Positions 31,323-41,909 are shown, counted from the first letter of the stretch. The stretch: 64,000 bases of DNA from Methanomicrobiales archaeon (GCA_037137755.1 JBAXJR010000003.1:1-64000), one strand, 5' to 3'. Notes: generated by a model from the sequence alone, not told the origin. Numbers and translations are program-made.

Positions 31323-32342
31323 TCATGGAAGCCCGGCCGCAAACCGGGAAGCCACCTCGGCTGGACCCATTGCACTTTCATAGGTATTTAGTCCCCTGAT
31401 ATTCCCATTGAACTTCCTGAGCATACTTGCAGAATCCGGCCACTGAATACCAGCCGGCCCTCCTACCTGGTATGGACCGGTTGGTGTCCGGAGGCCGGTG
31501 GTGTCAGGACCTCCCGGGTTTGAACCATACTCCTGCACACCATTTACGAAGATTGACATCGTACCCGGTGTCTGGTTGTAAATGCCGACGACATAAAACC
31601 ATGTCCCCATTGATGGATGCGTGGTTGATTGAATATATGTCATACCTCCTGATTTTTTCTCACGGGCAAATTCGAATTTTGTGTCAGTCTGATCGTGTTG
31701 AAGCTGGTACTGGCGGTTATTATCCGAGTTCCCATTCACTACGATGGTCGCCCATTGTGCATCAGGTGGTGGACTAGCCGGGGCTATGTTCCATTTTATC
31801 CACGCTTCAACGGTGAATCCCGGGTACCTGGGGTATGGTGAAGGTGCTCCACCACCGGAGAGGTATATCGTATGCTGGGCGATGAGGATATTTGAGGTCG
31901 CATCAACAATGTTCACCGTCCAGGTCCCGTTTAAAAAACCAGTATTATTCTTAACCGGAAATGTGGAATCTGTAACCCATGATCCTGATGCGTTCCGGAA
32001 TAAGTAAAGGGAGTTCCCCGGCTTCCAACCATTTGGAGCGGTCCCGGGTAACGGGATAAAATTGTACGTTACCGATCCATTCGTCAATGAAAATTTCACC
32101 GGTAACCCTGAAGCTTTCGATGGGGCTAGTGACACAGTCTCTCCCTGGGAGAGGAATAACTCAACAGCAGAGGCATTCGTGATATTGACAGGGGTAGCCT
32201 GGGTGACAATGTAGGGGGTTTTCGGGAGCGGGACTGCCCAGCCGAGAAAAAGAGCCCCTATGATGGCAGCAAGAGCGATTACGAGTATGACAGCGAGGAC
32301 TGCGCTGATTATTTCAGATATTCCGCTCTCACTGTGATGCAT
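31323..32342 (-). CDS. Type IV pilin-like protein with LamG-like C-terminal domain
   Basis: SG/ISEIISAVLAVILVIALAAII, FTVEAWIK, WFYVVGIY..MSIFVNG and FNGNIRGL..Y. Confidence 0.88.
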   Translation of the reverse strand: MHHSESGISEIISAVLAVILVIALAAIIGALFLGWAVPLPKTPYIVTQATPVNITNASAVELFLSQGETVSLAPSKASGLPVKFSLTNGSVTYNFIPLPGTAPNGWKPGNSLYLFRNASGSWVTDSTFPVKNNTGFLNGTWTVNIVDATSNILIAQHTIYLSGGGAPSPYPRYPGFTVEAWIKWNIAPASPPPDAQWATIVVNGNSDNNRQYQLQHDQTDTKFEFAREKKSGGMTYIQSTTHPSMGTWFYVVGIYNQTPGTMSIFVNGVQEYGSNPGGPDTTGLRTPTGPYQVGGPAGIQWPDSASMLRKFNGNIRGLNTYESAMGPAEVASRFAAGLP

Positions 32343-32498
32343 AAAACGATATTTGGTGCTTATTGCTTAATATGGAATGTGTCGTGGTTATTCTTTTAAC
32401 AGGGGATACTACGATTGGAATAGACCGATCCCTGCTCAAATTGCGTTATAATGGGATTCCCCCTTACTCGAAACGTTAACTGACGATGAAAAACCCTG

Positions 32499-33538
32499 TC
32501 AGGATATTGGAAGTCCGGCGGCAAACCGTGAAGCCACTTCAGGTGAGCCCATTGCCCTCTCATAGGTATTTAGTCCGCGGATATCCCCGTTAAAAATTCG
32601 CGTATTGGCAACCCCTTCAAAAGTAATTCCTCGGGGTCCTCCCCTCTGGACTGGCCCTGTTGATGACCGAAGGCCGGAACTATCTAAATGTTGGGATGCC
32701 TCCAGGTGACCATTCACGAAGATTTCCACATCCCCTGGTGTCTGGTTATAGACCCCGGTGACATAGTACCAGGTTCCGGAAACCGGCTGTGTGGTTGAAA
32801 ATATCCATGTTCCCCAGCTCCCCTGTGTAACGGTTGCAAAGTCTACTTCAAAGTGCAGATCCAGCCGATCGTGCTCAATTTGGTACTGGCGGTTACTATT
32901 CGTGTCCCCATTGATAACGATGGTCGTATAAGTCTGGTTTTCCAGATTAGTTGGGATTGGATCCGAAATATCTGGTTTGTTTATCCACTTTACCCATGCC
33001 TCGACAGTAAACCCCGGGTACACCGGGTAAGGTGCAGGTGTTAAACCGCCGGTAAGAGCTATTGTATGCTGAGCGATGAGGATTTTTGAGGTCGCATCAA
33101 TAATGCTCACCTTCCAGGTGCCATTTGAAAAACCGGTATTGTTCTTGACCAATGACGGGGAATCTGTGACCCATGACCCTGTTGCATTCCTGAATAAGAA
33201 GAGGGAGTTCCCGGGCTTCCAGCCATTCAGTGCAGCCCCTGGTAACGGGACAAAATTGTAGGTAACCGATCCGTTTTCGTCAATGAAAACTTTACCGGTG
33301 ACCCTGATGCCGTGGCAGGTGCGAGCGAAACCGTCTCTCCCTGCTCGAGGAATAACTGAACAGCGGAGGCGTCCGTGATGTTGATCGGTGTTGCCTGGGT
33401 GGCAATATAGGGGGTTTTCGGGAGCGGGACTACACATCCGAGAAAAATAGCCCCGATGATGGCAGCAAGAGCGATGACGAGTATGACAGCAAGGACTGCG
33501 CTGATAATCTCCGATACTCCGCTCTCACTGTTGTGCAT
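32499..33538 (-). pseudogene. Frameshifted pilin-LamG paralog
   Basis: ORFs 33227..33538 and 32499..33437 together align to 31323..32342. There is a 2-nt insertion in the T4 run at 33274-33277 (ACGAAAACGGA vs ACGAATGGA on the coding strand). Confidence 0.88.
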
Positions 33539-33708
33539 AAAACGATATTTGGTGCTTATTGCTTAATATGGGATGTAAGGATGAGGTTCTTTTTATTGCG
33601 AAACCTAGAGATTGCAACAACGGTTTGTGTCTGAAATTACGCTACGTTAGCTGAATCAGTACTGCCAAAAGTGCTTTATCAGAAGTGGACATTTTTCTGA
33701 ATCTGGTA

Positions 33709-35520
33709 TTACGTGGGGTGATCTTGGATGTTATAATGGGTTTGTATCTCGGCCTGAGTCTTTACGTAATCAAAGGTCTGAACTCCGTATATGGATCCGT
33801 TGAAAACACGTTGCTGTTGAGAAGGAGGGGGATTTGGCCAATTGATGCCCGACGGTCCTCCAATCTGTTGGTTACCTGAATAAGCCCTTAGACCTGAACT
33901 GTCAACGGATCTCGAGCTCTGTGGAGAATTGTTTACGTAAATTGTCATAGTTCCAGGTGACGTGGGGTTGTATACCCCTGTAATAAGATACCATACTCCT
34001 TTGATTGGGTTTGTGGTGGAAAATACCTGAATTCCTTGACCCCCCGCCAATACTGTTGCAATGTTAAATTCAAATTTAGTATTGTCCTGGTCGTGTTCAA
34101 GATGGTACTGGCGATTAAAGTTCGAATTGCCCTTCACAACAATAGTCGCAAAGGTCTGGTTATCTAAAGGTGTAGAGGGTTTGTTTATCCATTTTACCCA
34201 TGCCCAAATTGTGAACCCTGTACATCGATTACCAAAATCTATGTTATTTGCATAACAAGGAGATGTATCTTTGAGATGAACATTCCTCCAAACACCTCCA
34301 CTTGGATATGTTTGTATCCATCCTGATTGAGAGATTTCTTCAATATCATATTTGGTATCAACATCAGGTCCCGTATAAATGAGTCCGGTTATAATATAGT
34401 CCCCATTCACATTTGTAATGGCAGATCCGGCGATGGAATTATTGCTTGTCCATCGAACATTTATCCGCCAGTCAGCCAGCCCCGGCTCATTCACATCTCT
34501 ACTCCCATCACCATCAATGTCATTCCATTTCGTTCCTGATATATATCCGCAGGATGGTAGGGAAACTGTGATTTGTTTTATAATTGAATTTGAGTTACAC
34601 GCATTTGATACGGTAAGATTGACATTATAGGTTCCGGGACTCACAAAGGTATATGAGGGACTTTGTAGTGAAGATGTTCCATTATCCCCGAAATTCCAGC
34701 TCCTGCTTGTTGGACTGCCGGTTGATTGGTCTGTGAATTTGACAGTTAAAGGGGCGGTACCTGAGGATATATTGGGATTGAATGCTGCTGATGGTTTTGT
34801 GCAGACGGCATTTACAGTAATATAATTCGGTTCGATTTTCGAATTTGAACAACCTGCATTCGAGGCAGTAAGTCGGATATTATAGACACCTGGTAATGTG
34901 AAGACTTGTCTCGGGGATTGGGCCGTGCTAAACTGGGTCCAACTGCCACCTCCTGTTTGGTTTTCCCAGATCCACGAGCTAGGATTATTGGTTGAAGTGT
35001 CAGTAAACTGGACCGTGAGTGGTTGGTCTCCTGTAAGTGGTACCCCATAAAAATTAGCAACAGGGGGTGAACATGGAATCGTAAAAGGAATTGGTCCGAC
35101 TGATCTCTGGCCGAGTAATGTCGGAGAATTAGTCCCAGTATAATATACACTTATTAATCCCGGTGGATTTGTAGAATTTACAGTGATTATCCGTCCAATT
35201 GACCATTTTTTATCTGGATTTGAATTAACCGTGAAATCTGTTATATTCTTTCCATCAATAAATACCGCATAATTTCCATCTGATATTTCATCTCCTCCGA
35301 TATGGGTGATACTTATTGAATAGGAGGGTACGCCATTGACCAGATTGGTAGTATTAACAACCGAAAACTTTACCTGTGGGACTTTGTCTGCTGATGGACT
35401 TGATATTAGTCCTGCTGCAATAACGGCTACAACAAGAACGATCATTGAAATTAGGATTAACGCACCAATTAATTCCGACACGCCTAATTCCGATATATGG
35501 CAATTTTTCTTATCCTTCAT
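33709..35520 (-). CDS. Type IV pilin-like protein with 2x PKD, SdrD-B-like and LamG-like domains
   Basis: LG/VSELIGALILISMIVLVVAVIA. PKD motifs PLTVQFTDTS..WIW and PLTVKFTDQS..WNFGD. ISGTKWNDIDGDG..EPGL, then FTIWAWVK. Confidence 0.9.
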   Translation of the reverse strand: MKDKKNCHISELGVSELIGALILISMIVLVVAVIAAGLISSPSADKVPQVKFSVVNTTNLVNGVPSYSISITHIGGDEISDGNYAVFIDGKNITDFTVNSNPDKKWSIGRIITVNSTNPPGLISVYYTGTNSPTLLGQRSVGPIPFTIPCSPPVANFYGVPLTGDQPLTVQFTDTSTNNPSSWIWENQTGGGSWTQFSTAQSPRQVFTLPGVYNIRLTASNAGCSNSKIEPNYITVNAVCTKPSAAFNPNISSGTAPLTVKFTDQSTGSPTSRSWNFGDNGTSSLQSPSYTFVSPGTYNVNLTVSNACNSNSIIKQITVSLPSCGYISGTKWNDIDGDGSRDVNEPGLADWRINVRWTSNNSIAGSAITNVNGDYIITGLIYTGPDVDTKYDIEEISQSGWIQTYPSGGVWRNVHLKDTSPCYANNIDFGNRCTGFTIWAWVKWINKPSTPLDNQTFATIVVKGNSNFNRQYHLEHDQDNTKFEFNIATVLAGGQGIQVFSTTNPIKGVWYLITGVYNPTSPGTMTIYVNNSPQSSRSVDSSGLRAYSGNQQIGGPSGINWPNPPPSQQQRVFNGSIYGVQTFDYVKTQAEIQTHYNIQDHPT

Positions 35521-35689
35521 TTCCCCTCATTTCATGATCGTGTTAGATTTCAGCGTAATTGATTATGGCTTGAAATAATCGTCACTGTTGTAACCCTTTA
35601 TGAGTAAAAGATAAAAAGCTATTTTTGGTGATGAATGTTCGTAATCTTATTTTTGATTGATTACAGCTTTTCCTTTTCAAAAAATACCA

Positions 35690-36118
35690 TTACACAAAAT
35701 TCGTCTTGGCCAGTAGAATTTTATTGGAAGGTCCATTATAGTATAATTCGACAACTTTAAGTGAAGGCTGATAATAAATAACAATGGTAGGGTTTTCGAA
35801 AGACCAATCTTCTTTTGTTTCTATTAATAATCCTCCCGCAGAATTATGATAGTATAAGGGAGGTACTGGATTTCCGTCAATTATTACTTGAAATTCCCCC
35901 CATTTTAGTGTATCTCCCCCCATATGAGTTATCGTAACATTATTCGATGCATTGGAAATAGATACACTTAATTCCGGTATTTTTTCTGGGCGAGGCTGGG
36001 AAATTATAACAGTGGTTACAACCATCATAAGCATTACAACAAGTGATACGAGAAGAATTGCGCCTATTAGTTCCGATACACCAGATTCTAATTCAATTTC
36101 ATCTTTTTTGATTTTCAT
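35690..36118 (-). CDS. Type IV pilin (archaeal Pilin_N/DUF1628 type)
   Basis: SG/VSELIGAILLVSLVVMLM and VTITHMGGDTL. Confidence 0.88.
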   Translation of the reverse strand: MKIKKDEIELESGVSELIGAILLVSLVVMLMMVVTTVIISQPRPEKIPELSVSISNASNNVTITHMGGDTLKWGEFQVIIDGNPVPPLYYHNSAGGLLIETKEDWSFENPTIVIYYQPSLKVVELYYNGPSNKILLAKTNFV

Positions 36119-36167
36119 TATTTATTCCAGTCGTCTATTTCATCAATTTTGTAAATTCATTGTAATA

Positions 36168-37499
36168 TTAATTAAACTGGTAAGATGTTGGAGAGAGTGA
36201 TACAGTCGCGACACTACTTTGGACGTCTAATATTATATCATACCCAGAATTATCATTTATGTTCATTGTCACTATATTTCCATTCCGTGGTAGAACAGTA
36301 ATTCTATCCTTAGCATCACTATCTTGTCTTATCTTCAAAAATGTATTAAACCACATCTTTGCTACCGCATCATCATTCGAGCGGTCATCTGTCGTAATAA
36401 TAATTGTGACCGATTTCGCGTTAGGAGCTCCTGATGTTTGAGGATTGACGAGGTTATTCAAATTCACAGTTGGTTTTTGTAAATAGGTCAGCACCTCAAC
36501 CAGAGAAGAACCGCCAATAATAGAAGGTGCTGTTTTACTGATTGTGATGTTATTAATAGTTACTCGCGTTAAACTTTGGTTTGTTAGATCTTTCTTAATT
36601 GTAATAGAAGGAACTAATTTTACAACTGCCCCTGTATCCTGTTGTAAGAATACACCCCCATACTGGTAAATATAATTTTGAGTGATCCAGTAATTATTGT
36701 TAGAGTGATACTCAAGGGATCCCATTTTCGATGTCGGTACAATCACCCCTGTTTTTTGGAGATATCCTGTGGGCATATTTGTTACGGTATTATCATTGGG
36801 TTGGAAAGATAAGCTAAAAGGGTAGACAAATGACTCCTTTATGCCATAAGCACTGTTTGTCAGATCTACTTGGTAATATTGATTAGGAGCAATAGAATAT
36901 TGAATAGTCAGATTGTTTACAGTTATAATATTATTTTTCAATATTGTTATTGTTAGTGCGGTTGATGGTCCTGGTATGGTTTTTAATTGAGCTTTCCAAA
37001 TGCCATTTGTCGGTGTGATATTTACAGAAACCGGATTAGAAATATTATTACTCGTCAGAAAATTTACGAAAAGATGGTTTGGTTCAATTTGCACTAATGG
37101 TGATGGAGTGTAACTTGGTGATCCAGTTTCATCATATAGTGCATCAGCAGTCACATTTATTGAATCCCTGTCCGTAACAACCATCGTGCCCCCTGACGTT
37201 ACAGGCTGGAAGAGTGGCATATTTACAAACGAGCCCTGTGAAGAGCCGGGATTTGTCCCGAGCGTAAACGGGGAACTGACCTGGGTATTGTATTGGCCAT
37301 TAATCCAGAGCGAGTCTACCGTGGATTTATAGTCGAGGAACTGGTTCTGGACGACGTCCATGTGCGCAATTTCAAGGTCCCTTCCCGTTGCAGGTACCAC
37401 GTAGGTGAGGTACAACGATGCTATTATCGCTATCAATGCAATAATCAGCACAAAGCCGATTACTTCCGAAATCGCGTCATCTCGCCGGGAATCCACCAT
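36168..37499 (-). CDS. Large pilin-like protein (class III signal peptide)
   Basis: DA/ISEVIGFVLIIALIAIIASLYL..VP, EIAHM..V.NQF and GSLEY.SNNNYW..QNYIYQYGGVFLQQ. Confidence 0.82.
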   Translation of the reverse strand: MVDSRRDDAISEVIGFVLIIALIAIIASLYLTYVVPATGRDLEIAHMDVVQNQFLDYKSTVDSLWINGQYNTQVSSPFTLGTNPGSSQGSFVNMPLFQPVTSGGTMVVTDRDSINVTADALYDETGSPSYTPSPLVQIEPNHLFVNFLTSNNISNPVSVNITPTNGIWKAQLKTIPGPSTALTITILKNNIITVNNLTIQYSIAPNQYYQVDLTNSAYGIKESFVYPFSLSFQPNDNTVTNMPTGYLQKTGVIVPTSKMGSLEYHSNNNYWITQNYIYQYGGVFLQQDTGAVVKLVPSITIKKDLTNQSLTRVTINNITISKTAPSIIGGSSLVEVLTYLQKPTVNLNNLVNPQTSGAPNAKSVTIIITTDDRSNDDAVAKMWFNTFLKIRQDSDAKDRITVLPRNGNIVTMNINDNSGYDIILDVQSSVATVSLSPTSYQFN

Positions 37500-37784
37500 G
37501 ATCTATTTTAACATTCTGATTTATTCTTAATAAAAGATTCCTATCGTCCCATTTAGCAGGGAAATCAATTCCTCCCAAACAGCATTATCCGATTACCGGC
37601 ATGGTTCTCTTGTGGAGAAATTGGATTTTTTAATTCCACAAATCGTCCAGAAAAATCGGAAGTATGATTTCCTGCTATCCTGGAGGAAAACCGGGTCATT
37701 ATGGTATCTGTAACGAGCCGAATGCTTAATGGTAAGGTATCCACTATAGTGCAACGTCGTATTCATTTTAAGCGGGGTTTCTTC

Positions 37785-38258
37785 ATGAAAATAACCGTAA
37801 AGGGGTTAATATTAGTTTTAATCCTTCTATCTGGTAATCTTATTTTCGGCTGTATGGGTTTAAGTACAGATGATCAATTCAAACATGAGTGGCAAAACTC
37901 TGAATCCAGTATCAGTAAAGAACTCGATCAGGTTCAGATGGCTATTGCTCACGGCGATAAAGCAATTGATTACAATGCGTTATCGTACCATAGCGGGGAA
38001 ATTGTAAAAATTACTGATAAAGAATCAGCGATAATTTCTGATATCCCTGTGAGTGATAAGTATTCTGAAGCAAAAAGGGAGTATCTCTCCGCATTAACTG
38101 ATTTACGATCCGGGTATGTTCAAATCTTCATCATATCCGACAGCGAGGATAAAGAAATGTTAGTGGATTTGATCTCATCAGGTCCTTACCTGAAGAATTA
38201 TATCGAAAAGCGGGACAGGGTCAAGACAATTATTGAACTGGCCGAAAAGAATCAATGA
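37785..38258 (+). CDS. Hypothetical helical lipoprotein/secreted protein
   Basis: MKITVKGLILVLILLSGNLIFGC signal with lipobox-like Cys, helical-bundle composition. Confidence 0.7.
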   Translation: MKITVKGLILVLILLSGNLIFGCMGLSTDDQFKHEWQNSESSISKELDQVQMAIAHGDKAIDYNALSYHSGEIVKITDKESAIISDIPVSDKYSEAKREYLSALTDLRSGYVQIFIISDSEDKEMLVDLISSGPYLKNYIEKRDRVKTIIELAEKNQ

Positions 38259-38850
38259 AAAAGATCTGGTGTGGTGTATCCTGGTCCCGGTAACCGGTAC
38301 TTCTGATGATCATATTGTTTTGTCACATAAGCAGCGGCACCGAGGTTTGGCTCTGGATGATCCATCTGGAAAAGAATGGCAGACTACGGAAACAAGCTGA
38401 AGGAAATGGAAAGTTTCCCGCGTGGATCAAATTCCATGGGGGAGCCCCTGATTCAGAAATTACTGGTACTAATACACTTAATTGTACTGATGATAGTCTA
38501 TACTACGGAAAATTAGATCTCACGTACAATTTCAAATGCATGAGTGACACAGGCCCGGCCACTCACTGTGAAGTTCCAGAATTCCGTACGAAAAATCCGG
38601 AAGTCTTAAAATAGTCCCTGATTAGTCAATGCAGGTATGGAACCCCTTGAATATCCTTATGGAACTTTCCGTACGATGTACGGGAACTAGGTGGTTTTTA
38701 GCTGGGGGTGACACGTTCCAGGGAATTTAGTATATCCTATTCTTTCGCACAGGTCTTGATCGGAGCAGGAATGAAAAAGGATTTCGATACCAGTTCTACC
38801 TGGGACATGCTGTTCATCTCAACGATAAGCAGTTTTTGAAAAAAAGAAAA

Positions 38851-40437
38851 TCATTTAAATTCTACATTAAATGTACGATCGGTAACGACATTAATGACTG
38901 TGGCGTTAACAATAACGCCATCCCCTGCTGCTGGATATACCTTTGCGTCGGTGTCAATTTGGTACCAATAAACTTGTTTGTTCGAGTTCGGTTTCAAGTA
39001 GAATGTCTGGCTGTTGCCATAAATGACGTTGACCGCCCATGAATTGCCCAGAGGTGAAGCCATAAGGCTGTCTGCATAAACATCACCTAATCCTTGACCC
39101 CCACTTTTGCTTCCACTAATAGTAAGTGGTGAGACATAGGTGTATGTCGTGGATGCAGTACCGCCGAGTGTAGTAACAACAACGTTTACCATCCCAATTG
39201 CATGGGCGGGCGTTATCGCAGTTATCGTAGTATCGCTAACGACAGAGAAACTGATTGCATTTGTGCCGCCAAAGGTTAATGCAGTAGTGCCGGTAAAGCC
39301 AGTCCCACTGATCGTTACAGCTTGGCCGCCCGCTGTCGGGCCCGAATTTGGTGAGATGCTTGTTAACGTAGGGGTTGTTGTAAAGGTATATATGTCAGCA
39401 GACGAAGTGGCGGATGTGCCGCTGGGTGTAGTGACTGTGATATCAATGGTTCCGGCAACATGGGCCGGGGCGGTCGCAGTGATCTGTGTGGCGCTATTAA
39501 CCGTGAACGAGGTTGCGGCTGTGCCACCAAAGGATACTGCAGTTGCACCGGTAAAGCCAGTCCCTGTGATAATTACCGGTGTGCCGCCTGTTATTGATCC
39601 GGAAGTAGGAGAGACGCTGGTTACCACCGGTGCTGCAATGTAGGTAAATACACCTGTCCCGGTTGCAGTACCATTAAGCGTAGTGATGACAACGTTAACG
39701 GTTCCGAGTGCATGGGGAGGTGTTGTCGCAGTGATCGAAGTACCACTGACAACCGTGACACTGGTAGCAGATGTGCCACCAAAGGTTACTGAAGTCGCTC
39801 CGAAAAGATTCGTCCCGGTTATGGTTACAGGTGTTCCGCCCGATATCGGTCCTGAAGCAGGGGTGATGCCTGTGAATGTCGGAGCAGGAGATATTGTTGT
39901 TGTAGGTGTCGGTTCGGCCACACCTACGCCGGTATTCTTCGTATAAATGAGCACATCGTCAGTCTTGTCAACCACATCGAACCTCCATACCCCGACAGGT
40001 AGTCCCGTGCCTTTCCGGGCGGTTGTTTCATTTTTTGTGACCCCTAGGAGACCTGATTTATTGTACACAAACAGGGTATCCCCCGGTTTCCAGGTCTCCG
40101 GGCCATCGGCCGGGTCCGGGAAGGGAATAACAGTGGCGCCTGAAGGGGTCGTGAACTGGAAATCCACCGGCATCCCGTTATTGGTAGCTAAGGTGTGGTT
40201 CAGGTAGGCCGCATCACCGTTCATGTGGGACACTGAAAGGTACCAGTTGTCAGGCGAGACATTTTTTGCCTCGGTCTGGACAGCGATATAAGCAGATTTT
40301 GGATAAAAGATTGCAAGGCCGAACACGATACTGGCGACAATGGCGGAAACGGCGATTACCAGGATCACCATCAGGATAACGCTGACCGTTTCATCAAGTC
40401 CTCGATCATTCAAACAGCGGAATGCAGGGCGCTTCAT
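38851..40437 (-). CDS. Type IV pilin-like protein with three IPT/TIG domains
   Basis: RG/LDETVSVILMVILVIAVSAIVA. Three repeats of P...I.P.SG...GG..V.I.GT.F.G.T.V.FGG. Confidence 0.9.
   Translation of the reverse strand: MKRPAFRCLNDRGLDETVSVILMVILVIAVSAIVASIVFGLAIFYPKSAYIAVQTEAKNVSPDNWYLSVSHMNGDAAYLNHTLATNNGMPVDFQFTTPSGATVIPFPDPADGPETWKPGDTLFVYNKSGLLGVTKNETTARKGTGLPVGVWRFDVVDKTDDVLIYTKNTGVGVAEPTPTTTISPAPTFTGITPASGPISGGTPVTITGTNLFGATSVTFGGTSATSVTVVSGTSITATTPPHALGTVNVVITTLNGTATGTGVFTYIAAPVVTSVSPTSGSITGGTPVIITGTGFTGATAVSFGGTAATSFTVNSATQITATAPAHVAGTIDITVTTPSGTSATSSADIYTFTTTPTLTSISPNSGPTAGGQAVTISGTGFTGTTALTFGGTNAISFSVVSDTTITAITPAHAIGMVNVVVTTLGGTASTTYTYVSPLTISGSKSGGQGLGDVYADSLMASPLGNSWAVNVIYGNSQTFYLKPNSNKQVYWYQIDTDAKVYPAAGDGVIVNATVINVVTDRTFNVEFK
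39130..39890 (-). repeat. Three intragenic IPT/TIG repeats (about 250 bp each)
   Basis: Repeated protein motif and shared DNA words such as CCGGTAAAGCCAGTCCC near 39290 and 39548. Confidence 0.8.
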
Positions 40438-40780
40438 ATCTCAAGACAGTAGTAGCACTTGCAGCGTATATAAACCAGATCTTTAAAAAAGTTGTATGGT
40501 GCTACCGGGTGGCATCAGGGGGATGCTACAAATAGTCGTGCGGAAGTCTTTCCTTCATTCCCAACCCAACAATGTCTATTTACCTGGGATTTCCCGAAAA
40601 TTATTCGATTCCATGTAACCAAAATAATTACCAACAATAATTATTTACCATTTTAATCGTATTACCTAATACTTTATTATCCATTATCCTATACTATCTC
40701 ATACGCAGGATCGGAGGAATGAAAATACGTTCGGTATTTTCATAGTTGATGGCCGAAAACCGGTAGCAACGGGTGAAGAT

Positions 40781-41086
40781 ATGAAACAGAAAAGATTACG
40801 ATCGGGAAAGACCGGGAATTACACCAGCGTGCATGAACCGGGTACAGAATACCTGCCCCGGTCCGGCCCGGTTATCGTTGTGGATGCAACAGGCCGGATG
40901 GTGCTTCCCAAAAAAATACGGGACCGTTTTAACGCGAAACGATTTGAGGTACTGGAAAAGGAGGGGCATATCGAGTTGATCCCTATCAAACCGCTGGACA
41001 CACTATTTGGGATATTACCTGGAATCGATATAGAAAAATTGTACCTGGAACACGATCGGGAATGTGAAGAGGAGGACAAAGGGTGA
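40781..41086 (+). CDS. AbrB/MazE/SpoVT-family antitoxin (VapB-like)
   Basis: VDATGRMVLPKKIRDRF AbrB motif. GTGA overlap with the PIN gene. Confidence 0.85.
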   Translation: MKQKRLRSGKTGNYTSVHEPGTEYLPRSGPVIVVDATGRMVLPKKIRDRFNAKRFEVLEKEGHIELIPIKPLDTLFGILPGIDIEKLYLEHDRECEEEDKG

Positions 41087-41478
41087 CCAACTCCGGAATC
41101 CTTGTTGATACCTGGGCCTGGCTTGAGATGATGGGTGGGTCCCCAAGGGGAGACCGTGCACGTGACATCATTCTCAACAGTTCACCTGTCTCTCTATCTG
41201 TCCTGACGCTCTATGAACTCCGGTACCGCCTGGAACAGATTAAAAACCGTGAGTTTGCAATAATGGTTATTAAACAGATAACCGATCAGGCAGAAGTTAT
41301 ACCCATAGATGATCAGATTGGACTCCTTGGCGGTACCATAAAGATTCAACAAATCTCAGAGAAAAAAACAATGGGCGCAGTTGATTGCCTGATCCTTGCA
41401 ACAGCCCGTGTCCATAACCAGCAAATCCTTACTGGTGATAAACATTTTGCGGGTATTCCGGAGGCTATTTGTTTATGA
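41083..41478 (+). CDS. PIN-domain toxin (VapC-like)
   Basis: LVDTWAW, TLYEL, VDCLILATA and ILTGDKHF. Confidence 0.92.
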   Translation: MTNSGILVDTWAWLEMMGGSPRGDRARDIILNSSPVSLSVLTLYELRYRLEQIKNREFAIMVIKQITDQAEVIPIDDQIGLLGGTIKIQQISEKKTMGAVDCLILATARVHNQQILTGDKHFAGIPEAICL

Positions 41479-41555
41479 ACGTTAAATCCTGAAAATATAG
41501 CCCAGGTTACTATCTCTCCCTGGAGGTAGCCGATAACAATAATTCAGGGGATATT

Positions 41556-41909
41556 TTATTGAAAACTGTCCGGTTTCATCGTATCAAGGAGGGCACGGAT
41601 CTGCGGTTCGAGTTCTGGTAATTTGTGTTGTATAACATCCCAGACAATATCATAATTGATGGAAAAGTATCCATGAATGATTTTATCGCGAAGCCCGGCC
41701 ATGAATTTCCAGGGGATATGGGGTGACTCACCTTTAACTATATCCGGAACATTTTTTGAAGCTTCGCCAATAATCTCCAATGAACGGGTTATCGCATGCT
41801 CCATCGTTCTGTCTGTAGTGAGTTCTTCAAACGTAATGGTATCACGAATGGACCGGAGATATTCGATCTCGTCAAGGATGTGTTGGATATACACCCATTC
41901 ATCCTTCAA
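41556..41909 (-). CDS. HEPN (DUF86/HepT-like) RNase toxin
   Basis: LEIIGEA, IPW..MAG and RDKIIHGY (RX4HXY). Confidence 0.92.
   Translation of the reverse strand: MKDEWVYIQHILDEIEYLRSIRDTITFEELTTDRTMEHAITRSLEIIGEASKNVPDIVKGESPHIPWKFMAGLRDKIIHGYFSINYDIVWDVIQHKLPELEPQIRALLDTMKPDSFQ

Larger units (their letters stand above)
31323..33571. repeat. Tandem duplication (about 1.2 kb unit) of a pilin-LamG gene with its promoter
   Basis: A 38-bp identical upstream/start block at 32338-32375 and 33534-33571 (offset 1196). The pilin coding regions are highly similar. Confidence 0.9.

Noticed and set aside
38255-38614. ORF 38306..38614 with a possibly frameshifted signal peptide
   Set aside because: Start and frame are ambiguous and no motif was found; possible remnant only.
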